64,000 nt of DNA from Amoebidium appalachense (lineage: Eukaryota; Protista; Ichthyosporea), in assembly GCA_963693365.1 (NCBI GenBank), contig CAVNZM010000016.1, forward strand, positions 4,950,043-5,014,042, read 5' to 3'. The notes under the pieces are model-generated. The model worked only from the letters and a program-made list of their open reading frames with translations, had not been told where the DNA came from and did no database searches. This document shows, in pieces, positions 40,791-51,430 of this stretch. The position numbers and the translations under genes are program-made. Numbering within the stretch: position 1 is the first letter of the stretch; each line of letters starts with the position of its first letter.

Positions 40791-42589
40791 GGGGAACCCC
40801 AACTAATTGATTTCTCCTTGTAGTCTTTATGGTGTCTCGTAGAGAAAGTAAACCCTGATATATAGTCACCACCCGACATCTATGTACGTGATCATGATAT
40901 ACCGCTGAGGGGATATTCCGAGCAAACCCCCCCCCCCCCCCCATACCTGAGACTGGTTCTCTTTGCCTCGAGTAAATAGCGTAAACCCCTGGTTTTGATG
41001 TGATCGGGAGCCCGACATGGCGCGACTGACAATAATGATTCTGCTCCCACCGTATTATCACGACCCAGAATTAATTGAAAATGAAGGTCGAAACAGCAGT
41101 CAGCATGTACGGTTGCTAGAGTTGGTGCTATTTATGAGATTGCACGTCATGCCAGACCTCAGGCCAACCCAAAATGGTGGCGGTATGGACAAAGGGATTA
41201 GCAAAATGGTAAAAACAACTTGGAACCTGACCGCTTAACGTTAACACGTGCATTTGGCCTGCGGGTTAACACGTGCCATGTAGTAGTAGTATTGCCCCAG
41301 GGCTTATATTTTAAACAGGTGCACATGTACCTTACCAGCAACAAGTTGTTCAGTCGTAACTGCAGCCTGTGCCCACGCAGCTGCAATATGAGCTGCCACA
41401 AGAAGCCAAGGTTGAAGCCACCCCATTTCCCCCCGAAGTTTCCCCTTTTCACTTATGGTGGGGAAGTTCTCAATGCTCTCGCCCCTCGCAACAAATCGGT
41501 TCAGTGTTGGTTATCATAAAAAAGTTCCCCACCTTCAGTAGTGTCTTACAACTGTGGTTGTCACGGTGTGTCGTGACACTAACTGGCAGGCAGGAGTGTG
41601 TGTGTGTCCCTTTTTGTGCTCTGTCAGCACACGACTCGTGACGTCGACACGAGGCTCAACAGCAGCTTACAAGTTGACTCCCTGGGACAAATTGAACTTC
41701 GATGATCGAAGGCATTCGCTTGAAGTGATCAGGTCGCTATGGTACAAAAAGCTCTACTTTCGTCAATCTAAATGTTAATAACAACCATTATTGTGTGTGT
41801 TTCTCTTGATTTTATTACTTTCTTTTTTTTATATGGAAAAGGTCAAATTGTCCCCTTACTGTACATAGGCCTACACGTGCACGTGTGCTGGGCTGTGGTG
41901 CCCTGAGCCCGAGAATCGAACATAGGCACTGGAATGTGAACTGCCCCGTATATCACGATTTTCATTGGTGCGCACATATTCCGATGGATAATTTTTATCC
42001 CTAGCTGTTTGGGATCAATAAAAAAAGTGCAAAGCGGATGATTCCTGCCAACCATATTCCTATTCTTTTTATTGTTTTATATCATCAGTGTATTTGGGGA
42101 CTAGGTTAATGATTAGAATAGATGATTAGTTTGTAAACGTTTTTTCTTTCCAGGAGCATTGGACAGCACCGGAGACGATAAGACTCCGTGTGCGAGATAT
42201 GCAGGTGATAGTGGTCGTGAAAAATCGGTATGTCTGTATGCTGTCTACACGATTTGCAGTTTAGGTTTTTATTGGTGAAGTATGTAGAAAAATGTGTTTT
42301 GGGACAATTCAATTCCTTAGCAGCACCTCAGTGATACGGTGTTCCCGCATTCCAGCTGCTGGAATGCAGTTCCCGGGAACAAATACGGTCTTCCAAGACT
42401 TCCTCTTTCAGCATCTTTCGTCCCTTCAAGCCCTTTCGCAAGTGAGGCCAATCAGATGATCCGAATCTTGCAGTCAAGCCATATAAGGTTATGCAGACAA
42501 ATTCCAATGGGAATTCCGAACTAGTGTATACAATTGGATCAACATTGCTTACACAAACATTCCTTGACCGTTTAATCAACCATCACAGG

Positions 42590-42967
42590 CCGGAGTAAAG
42601 ATATCGATCAAGTGTCCCACAACGGCAGCTCAAAAGAGTTGGTGCAAAACTTCTGCATCAGTTCTCGCGTGAGTCCATTTGCCTCCCTCCGAGTCGCCCT
42701 GGCAGACCCATGGCCACTGGTCATCGTGCGGCTCGCCGTGGCCAATCTATTTTTGGCCATTTTCGGTGCGGGATACAGCTACACGCTGTATATTTTTAGC
42801 ACGCAGTATCTGGGGTTTACTCCCGAAGACAGGGCCCTCTGGCAGACGTATTGGGGGCATTATCCGGTGCTCTTGTAAGGTTTGCACTCAGGTAAATATG
42901 GATAGATCCCCCCCCCCCCCCCCCCCCCAAATGTTTTTTTCTGAGGTAATAATAATGGACGGACTAG

Positions 42968-43003
<36 letters not shown>

Positions 43004-43157
43004 CCCGGGGCTTTGTGTTGAGGTTTTTGTGGCGTTTTGGTGTCTTTTATTTTTTTGCAACATGGTGGTACATGCATCCCCCCCACCCCCCACCCCCCAC
43101 CCAGACGCTCTACCACCCTTATTTGCCTTATAAGCCTTCTCTACACTTGTCCATTCC

Positions 43158-43243
<86 letters not shown>

Positions 43244-43483
43244 ATCTTTCCCCACCTCCATCTGCAGTCTTCCCATGCTTCCCACCCTCCCCTCCCCCTC
43301 CCCCCACATGTACACCTTCAATCCCCGAATTTCTTGTGGGCCTCGTTGAAACACCCTGTTGTGGTAGATAAGAGCGATGTCATGTGAATGAGTCTTTCGA
43401 CTCCCGATTTTGTTTCAAAGACATCCCTTCGTGCCCAGATTTTTTATTTTGTGTTGTTTAACGTGACTTATTTATTTTGTTCT

Positions 43484-43527
<44 letters not shown>

Positions 43528-43538
43528 ATACCGCATGA

Positions 43539-43581
<43 letters not shown>

Positions 43582-44381
43582 CGCTTTTCTATGAGCCCAT
43601 AGCTCCAGAACTCCAGAGTACTAACCCTCTCCTACCCCACATTTCAACCCCTGTAGTGTGGAGAGTGAGCGCAACTTGTGATCGTAGGCACGGTTCTGCA
43701 TCTATTGTGGCCGTGGCCGTGGGCCTGTGCACGGCCAAGTGGGTGAACCGTCCTGCCTTCCATTATAATCATGGGCATGGGAAGTCCGGTCATGTCAGCG
43801 CTCATTTCAGTACAGGCTCCCCCAGACAAGCAGGTAGGCTGCACCCCCCCAGCCCCCCCCCCCCCCCCCCCCCCCCCCCCAAAAAAAAATCCTCCGGCAT
43901 GGTTTTCCTCTTCTGTTTGTCCTCCCCTTCCCCCCCTCCCCCCCCCCCCCCTCCCCTCCCCCCCCCCCCCCCCCCCCCCGAAAAGAAAAAAAAAAACCCG
44001 TCCTCCCCCCCCCCTCCTCCTGACAGACCCTCCCCCCTCCCCCCCCAATCAACACCACTTTTTCCATTCGAAACCCCCCCCCCCCCCCCCTTCTCCTCTC
44101 CCCCCTCCCCTTCCTCCCCATTATTAACCATCAAGCCATTCTTCAAGTGGTCAGGATCTGAAGCCCGAAACATCTCTTGCTTTCGTAGTTGGAAGAACCC
44201 CCGCGCCCCCCCTCCCCCCCCCCCCCCCCCCTCCCCCCCCATGCCCTTGCCTCTCCCCTCACTCACCCACCCCTCTCCCTGGGTACCTTATTTTCTGGGC
44301 ACCACCCCTCCGTATGTGTGCTACTCTGCCCCCGTGTTAAAAGTATATCCCCCCCCCTCCCCCAAACACCACCCACCCACC

Positions 44382-44434
<53 letters not shown>

Positions 44435-44801
44435 GCGCGCACGCGCGCGCTCTTTTTCGGTATCGGATTGGTGCTCCTTTAAAAGGCCTCCACAGGTCTT
44501 CTAAATCCGTCTGCCCCTGTATGTAAGACTTGCGTATGGTCTAAGCCGTATGCATACACAGAACTGATTCCTTCCCCCCCCCCCCCCCCTTTTTTTTTCC
44601 ACTCTCTTTGCCGTCACAGCGGAGCATCCAAGGAGCAATGGGTGGAGTCAAAGCCATTGGAGAGACATTCTCCCCACTCCTTTTTGGTTTTCTTCTCAAC
44701 TGGTTCGGTGAACACTGGGACCACCACGCAGGATACGCCCATCTGATCGCCGCGTCGACGCTCATTCCCGCGCTCGTTGCGCGTTTCATGCTTCCTAACC
44801 A
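42590..44801 (+). pseudogene. MFS transporter (MFSD14/HIAT1-like) remnant, frameshifted and cut at the 3' end by an insertion
   Basis: Exon fragments SPFASLRVAL..YTLYIFSTQYLGFT (42590-42875), MGSPVMSALISVQAPPDKQ (43656-43833, frames shift) and SIQGAMGGVKAIGETFSPLLFGFLLNWF..MLPNH (44620-44801), which runs straight into polyT. Confidence 0.7.
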
Positions 44802-45052
44802 TTTTTTTTTATTTTTTTTATTTTTTATTTTATCCCGTTTCACTCCCGGCGAGGCACTGCCTCAGGGGAGCTTACCGTCTTCCGCCTAGACACAGATCGT
44901 ACTGTATAGCACACTCATAAGTCAGGATTCTAATTGACCCCAACTGGCACTATTTTTAGTTACGCCTTATCCCACGGTTCTAGCCGCAGCAACGCTAGTG
45001 GGGAAATGAGCACAGCTCACTTTAACAACACCAGCCGGGAGCGACCCGGGAC
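44802..45052 (-). mobile_element. PolyA-tailed retroposon 3' end, copy B, inserted in the MFS exon
   Basis: Same terminal blocks as 34772-35036 (TATCCCGTTTCACTCCCGG, AGGCACTGCCT, ATAAGTCAGGAT, ACGCTAGTGGGGA, GACCCGGG). Confidence 0.65.
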
Positions 45053-45336
45053 ACATACACAAACATAAAGACTTGAAAGGGAAGACCCCATGCCCAGGAC
45101 GCTGACCCGAACCGTGGCCGGTGACTCGGATTGGTCTCCCACTTGAACGTTGGGCCGGGATGCCCAAGCGGCGCGCCGTCGACGTCAGAGGGCCGGTGCT
45201 GTTCATGACGTCATGTCTTACGGCCGGGTGATAACAAATTGGTGGTGCTGCTTTGACGTGGTCTGGGGTGATGGCTTCTAGGGGGCGGCCAGACCGGTGG
45301 ACCGTCGAGGCAGAAAAAAATCGGAAGTAACCGGAT

Positions 45337-45787
45337 TTGGACTGCTCCCCCTAGTTGAACAGTTTGGGGGGAAAGCCGAAGGCTCTAAATTCGGATATTC
45401 GGGATTTGGTTGTAAGGTTTTACGGGTCGGGCCGAAGGCCTAACGGGCCGCAGGCCCGCCTATTGGGCCGCCAGGCCCGGGGCCCCGGGGACCGGGGGCC
45501 TCCCCCACCCACGCGGGCCACCCCCGGCCCGGCCCGGCCCGCGGGGGCACGGGGAGTAGAGCTCTACTCCCCGTGCCCCCGCGGGCCGGGCCGGGCCGGG
45601 GGTGGCCTGCGTGGGTGGGGAGGCCCCCGGTCCCCGGGGCCCCGGGCCTGGCGGCCCAATAGGGCGGGCCTGCGGCCCGTTAAGGCCTTCGGCCCGACCC
45701 GTAAAACCTTACAACCAAATCCCGAATATCCGAATTTAGAGCCTTCGGCTTTCCCCCCAAACTGTTCAACTAGGGGGAGCAGTCCAA
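45337..45787. repeat. ~451-bp loop-less GC-rich palindrome
   Basis: Arms 45337-45561 and 45562-45787 centred on GAGTAGAG|CTCTACTC; I find 3 single-base indels and 1 substitution between arms. Confidence 0.97.
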
Positions 45788-46039
45788 TATTGCTTCGCTC
45801 TTTCCAGTAGATCACTTCCAAATATCTATCACGTGATGACCTTCCCGATTGTTCTTCCAATGACATTTTCTATCACTATCGACAGTTCTCCAATATTAGA
45901 ACAGAAAACGGTTTATACCCACATGGCCAGATGGCCAGATCAATCCAGTCTGTGAGCAGGGGGGGGGATCCACCTGAAGTCAAAACAATCTGGCCATCTG
46001 GCCATGTGGCCATAGAATAGATTAGTATGTAAGGCACTG

Positions 46040-46757
46040 GCTGCCACCACTGGGGGGCGTGGTTCCGGCAGCAGGGGGGGGGGGGGGGCACACGTGCAGG
46101 GGGGCTGGGGAGAGTGGGGGAGGCATGGCACCGCTGGGGAATGGCACCACTGGGGGCGTGGTTCCGGCAGGCCAGCAAGAGGGCGGATATGTGAGGCACA
46201 CATGCTGGCGAGGAGGGCAAGGAGGGCGAGACTGGCGAGCCACCCACAGTGAGAAAGTATTATGTATGCATAGAGCATGTTGCCTGTGCAGCAGGTAGAT
46301 GTGCATGAGGCACCAGAGTGGTGCAAGTTTCTGGTGGCTCTGTTTGACTAATAAAGGCATATGCTGCCACCACTGGGGGCCTGGTTCCGGGAGGAGGGGG
46401 AGGCACACGTGCAGGGGGGCTGGGGAGAGTGGGGGCGGCATGGCACCGCTGGGGGCGTGGTTCCGGGAGGAGGGGGGCTGGGAGGGCACACGTGCAGGGG
46501 GGCTGGGGAGAGTGGGGGAAGCATGGCACCGCTGGGGGCGTGGTTCCGGCAGCAGGGGGGGCTGGGGGGAGGGGGAGGCACGTGTATTCGTATATACACC
46601 TAACTAAATGCCACCACTGGGGGCGTGGTTCCGGCAGCAGGGGGGCTGGGGAGCAGGGGAGGCTGGGGGGCCGGGGGGGCGGAGGAGGCGGAGGAGACTG
46701 GCGGGGGCCTCACAGTTGGTTCCGGGGGGCACGGGGGGGGGGGCGGCCTTGCTGGCA

Positions 46758-46792
<35 letters not shown>

Positions 46793-46830
46793 AAAGACAC
46801 TGCCCGGGCGTGGTTCCGGGGGGCACGGGG
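46040..46830. repeat. Sub-terminal array 1: degenerate GC-rich unit (CACCACTGGGGGCGTGGTTCCGG...GGCACACGTGCAGGGGGGCTGGGGAGAGTGGGGG)
   Basis: The TGGTTCCGG core recurs about 8 times. Confidence 0.85.
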
Positions 46831-46877
46831 GGCACGGGGGGCACGGGGGGAGGGGGGGGGGGGGCAAAAAGTCTCTC

Positions 46878-46921
<44 letters not shown>

Positions 46922-46939
46922 CAGGCAGGGCAGATGTGA

Positions 46940-47105
46940 ATGCTAAGTGTGAGGCCGGGAGGGGGCAAATATAAATGCTAAGTGTGAGGCCGGGGGGCCA
47001 AATATATATGCTAAGTGTGAGGCCGGGAGGCCAAATATATATGCTAAGTGTGAGGCCGGGAAGCCAAATATATATGCTAAGTGTGAGGCCGGGGGATGCA
47101 AAAAG

Positions 47106-47142
<37 letters not shown>

Positions 47143-47265
47143 CAGGCCACATATATATGCTAAGTGTGAGGCCGGGAGGGGGCAAATATATAGGCTAAGT
47201 GTGAGGCCGGGGGGCCAAATATATATGCTAAGTGTGAGGCCGGGAGGCCAAATATATATGCTAAG
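46940..47265. repeat. Sub-terminal array 2: ~33-bp unit (AAATATATATGCTAAGTGTGAGGCCGGG)
   Basis: GCTAAGTGTGAGGCCGGG occurs about 8 times. Confidence 0.92.
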
Positions 47266-47454
47266 GGGGACGAGGAAGGAGAGGGGGGGGGGGGGGGGAG
47301 GGGGAGGGGGGAGGGAGAGAGGGAGGGAGAGAGGACAGGACGGAAGAGAAAAAAAAAAGAGAAAAAAAAAGAAAAGGAAAGTGGAGTGGGGGGGAGTGGT
47401 TTTTTTTTTTTCTGTTCTGGTTTTATTTCGGGTGGGGGGGGCTGGGGGGGGTGG

Positions 47455-47485
<31 letters not shown>

Positions 47486-47749
47486 TTTTTTCCGGCCGGG
47501 GGGGCGTAGGAGGGGTGTGTTAACCCTCCCCCCCTTTTTCCCCCGATCCCCTTTCCCCCCCCCTTTCCACACTCCAACCAATGACAGAAAGAACTTGCGC
47601 GCGCCCGCCCGCCGCGCCCCCCCCCCCCTTTTTTTTTTTTTTTTTTTTTTCCCCCCGGCGGTTTGGGGGGGGGGGGGGGGGTCTCTTCCTCATCTTTTTT
47701 TGGCCAAATATGCTATGTGAGGCCGGGGGATGCAAAAAGTGAAACAAAA

Positions 47750-48170
47750 AATGCATCCGTGTGTGCAAATAATGCTAGAGACCGGGAGGGGTAGGGGGGG
47801 GAGGGGGTAAATAAATGCATCCGTGCATGCAAATAATGCTAGAGACCGGGAGGGGGAGGGGGGAGGGGCAAATAAATGCATCCGTGCATGCAAATAATGC
47901 TAGAGACCGGGGAGGGGGGAGGGGGGAGGGGGCAAATAAATGCATCCGTGCATGCAAATAATGCTAGAGACCGGGAGGGGGGAGGGGGGGGAGGGGGCAA
48001 ATAAATGCATCCGTGCATGCAAATAATGCTAGAGACCGGGAGGGGGGGGGGGGGGGGGGGGGGGGAGGGGGGGGAGGGGGCAAATAAATGCATCCGTGCA
48101 TGCAAATAATGCTTAGTGTGAGGCTGGTGAATCCGGGGGCCAAGTAAATGCATCCGTGTGAGGCCGGGGG
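47750..48170. repeat. Sub-terminal array 3: ~60-65-bp unit (AAATAAATGCATCCGTGCATGCAAATAATGCTAGAGACCGGG + G-run)
   Basis: About 6 tandem copies. Confidence 0.92.
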
Positions 48171-48490
48171 CAACACGTGCTTATATATTTATTTGTATTT
48201 CCACTGAGCTTTACAAAATAAATACATCCGTGGTGGCACACGTGTCTTCTTAATGTAATATATTTATCTGTATTTCCACTGCATAAGTTTTACATAGTAT
48301 CGAAATACATCCGTTGTGGCTCCCCTCTCCCAAAAAATACACTCGGTTGTTTGTAACCCCCCCCCCCCCCCCCCCAACAATACACCCAGTTTGCTTGCAA
48401 AAACTATACCCCAAACACCCCCCACCCACCACACACTACTTGCTGGGCGCGTGTCTCTTGGGGTCATGCTCGACATCGTCACTGCCTCTC

Positions 48491-49144
48491 TTACCACCCT
48501 TCGGGGTGGTGGTGCGAGGGGTACCCAAAAGCGCGGGGGGGGGGTCCCGGAACGACACGGCCGGGAGGGGCAGGGGGCTTTGTTGAGCCGGCCGGGAGGG
48601 GCAGGGGGCTTTGTTGAGCCGGCCGGGGGGGAGGGGGCTTGCGGTGGGTCTGGTCGGAGGGGTTGTACACAGAACTCATCGGGTTTTCGTCGATACATGC
48701 AGACAGCCTGTCACGCTGAAGCCTGTACTCTTCAGCCGTGGCCCTCACGCTCGCCAACTCGACCTCCCTTGCCTGAAGAGCATCCCGAGTCTCCTTCAGC
48801 TGCTGCACAAGCCCCGCTACATTACCGTACCCACGGGACATACGATGGAGCAATTCTTGTGCTTCATTCGCACTCGATGCTGCAGACTCTTGTAGAGCCT
48901 CGTTCTGGCGTTGCAGAGCTTCGTTCTGGCGAACAACTTTCCCCGAAACCTTCTCGACGTCGACGGACAACGACTTGAGCTGCTCCTCGACAACATTGAC
49001 CCGATTGCAAAGCTCGTTCCACATCTCGGGGGTGACATAGACCCGACGAAGCTCGTCCCACATCTCGGGGGTAACACGGAAGGTCTTTTCCCCCTCACCC
49101 CCCTCCCCACCCCCTTGACTATGCGGAGACTTGGGCTCTGACAT
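48491..49144 (-). CDS. Hypothetical coiled-coil protein, 217 aa
   Basis: ATG-initiated ORF with heptad-rich centre and internal VTPEMWxEL duplication; TATAAAA ~200 bp upstream on the minus strand. Confidence 0.6.
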   Translation of the reverse strand: MSEPKSPHSQGGGEGGEGEKTFRVTPEMWDELRRVYVTPEMWNELCNRVNVVEEQLKSLSVDVEKVSGKVVRQNEALQRQNEALQESAASSANEAQELLHRMSRGYGNVAGLVQQLKETRDALQAREVELASVRATAEEYRLQRDRLSACIDENPMSSVYNPSDQTHRKPPPPRPAQQSPLPLPAGSTKPPAPPGRVVPGPPPRAFGYPSHHHPEGW

Positions 49145-50396
49145 GACTAGTAACGCTCAAAAACAAAAGAAAGGATTTTCGAGGTGAGAGTGATCGAAAT
49201 GAGAAACCCCAATCGGTAACGCTTAAGGTTAAGAACAAAAGGGTCAAGAACAAAAGAAAGGAATTTTTGCCTCGAGTAAGGTTTAGACAGCGTGAAAGGA
49301 TTTGATCGACAAATGACCCCCAAATCAGTTAGACTGCCTTTTTATAGCCCCAGCTCCAACAGACATCTTACTCGCGGATCGAAATGGGGGATCGATTCGG
49401 GACGATTGTCCAAATTATGAGTACGTGAATTGGCTTGACTGCTTTTTTTAGGTTTTTTTTTACTTGTAATGTTTTTGGCTCAACATGGAAAATAAATTCA
49501 TAGGGAACAGCGCGAACAGGTACAACTGCATCTTGTTTTGGGTAGCTCTGGCATGGGCTTTCTAGAAGATGCGCATGCCCTTGGATTGGTTGGGGCATTT
49601 TCACAATTTTAATGCCCCGGTGAAAAGGATTCTTAAAAAACTCATCACAATCAATGCAAAATTCAAGTGTTTTTCTACATAATTTTATTTATTTCATTCA
49701 AGTCTTGTGTACAACGAACAAAAAACATCAACATGGATGCCGTTGCCGCGGGTCATTCGAATATCACCCCTTTTTGCCCCCCCCTCCGGTGAGATGGCTT
49801 TTGAATTATTCCGTTTTTTTTAACGCCCACTGTCAAAACGATTATAAAAACCCTCTTTTATCACAATCAAATCTATTAAAATTCAAAATTATACTTCTCT
49901 GGATAAGATCATTACAATGAAGTATTAATGATTTTGTTTATACACAATATGTACACAGAAGACCCGCGAATTCAGGATCCTTTTGATTGGCTGGACAGCG
50001 ATTGGGGTCATGTGTCTTTTTGATTGGTTGGACAGCGATTGAGGTATCTCGTGGATCACGTGAACTTCTGAGAACTGTCTGGAGGGGGGCAAGGCTTTTC
50101 AAAGCAAACATCGATGTGCCTGTAACGCAGTGCCTTCTATTGACGCTGTATTAAGATATATTTATGGATAAGTACAGTACACAAAATAAACACATACAAT
50201 AAAAATAATCTCAAATCTTCGCATTGTGGTAGCCTAACTGCAACGGGTATCGGTGGCCGAGACAGTGATTGAAATACATATATGTGGGTACACATTTTTG
50301 CCCTACTTCGATTACCAATGCTCGAATTATTTGACCAAGCGTGCACTTGAACAAACCCGTCGGTTCTACAGTCTCTCACTTCCGGCAACAGTCTGT

Positions 50397-50598
50397 CACG
50401 TCTTAGCGCTACACATTTTTAGCCACAGCAAAACTTCCTTTTACCCCGAAAGATTTTCTACTACACGTCTTAGCGCTACACATTTTTAGCCACAGCAAAA
50501 CTTCCTTTTACCCCGAAAGATTTTCTACTACACGTCTTAGCGCTACACATTTTTAGCCACAGCAAAACTTCCTTTTACCCCGACAGATTTTCTACTAC
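50397..50598. repeat. 67-bp tandem repeat x3 directly upstream of the JmjC gene
   Basis: CACGTCTTAGCGCTACAC... at 50397, 50464 and 50531. Confidence 0.93.
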
Positions 50599-50648
50599 TC
50601 GCTTGCACACAAACCACAATTCGCTCACGCACAAACCATTATATTAAC

Positions 50649-51382
50649 ATGGCCGGTTCCGATTTTCAAGAATGGCTCGGCACAACACAAGCCTACCCAT
50701 ATGCTAAACGTGCAACTTTTCATTTTTCCACCTCTTTCGATGCACACAACGTTTTTGCACATGGGCGGGTCCACGCTATAGAACGCATCGTTTTGGTGGG
50801 AAACAAAACTGCCGATTATCCTGTCAGGCTCTCCATTCTACACAAGGACGAGCAACACGAAATTCTTATGTTTTTCAAAAAAGGCAAGAAAGGAGAGCAG
50901 TCAGGCTGGAAAATTAGGGAGGAAAAGTTCATAGCCGGAAAGATACCAGGAAACGTAATGAAAATTCTGAGACAGGGGGGGAAAGACTGGGAAGTTTACG
51001 ATTTGGGGGCATATGCCGACATACACAGAAAGACAATCGACTCCGGGTTCACGTTTGCTGCGGGCCCTGAATACAACGAGGATACCCCTACCCTTGCCAA
51101 GTTACTCTACCTTCTCAGAACATGCCCAATACCCGAAAAGGGGGATTCCCTTTCCATAAACGACGACCCAACACACAGACTCGAACTCAGTCACACAATT
51201 CGAACAAACATGACGGACCGTGATTGCGTTCTGTTTTTTGGCGGGGTTCGTTATATCAGACTCCCTTCTCTCCAGAAGGCTGCCACCTTGTGGGCTGCCA
51301 AACGTCTTCGTCTTAACAATTTCTCGGCCAGATTTGCGGCGGTAGCAAGCCCACTATCGAGGCTGGCGCCGCCTGCAGGTTG

Positions 51383-51430
<48 letters not shown>

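Noticed and set aside
40950-42540. Possible 5' exons of the MFS gene
   Set aside because: Candidate splice sites exist, but the frames contain stops and no MFS motifs could be recognised.
44802-45052. Hammerhead ribozyme / Penelope pLTR (GAAAC and a GUC are present)
   Set aside because: No CUGANGA core in the right position and stem III pairing is poor.
34772-45052. The two retroposon ends acting as LTRs of one 10-kb element
   Set aside because: The copies are too diverged, each has its own polyA tail, and the interior is a LINE plus a host gene.
45355-45866. ORFs on both strands across the palindrome
   Set aside because: By-products of a GC-rich inverted repeat, with no protein motifs.
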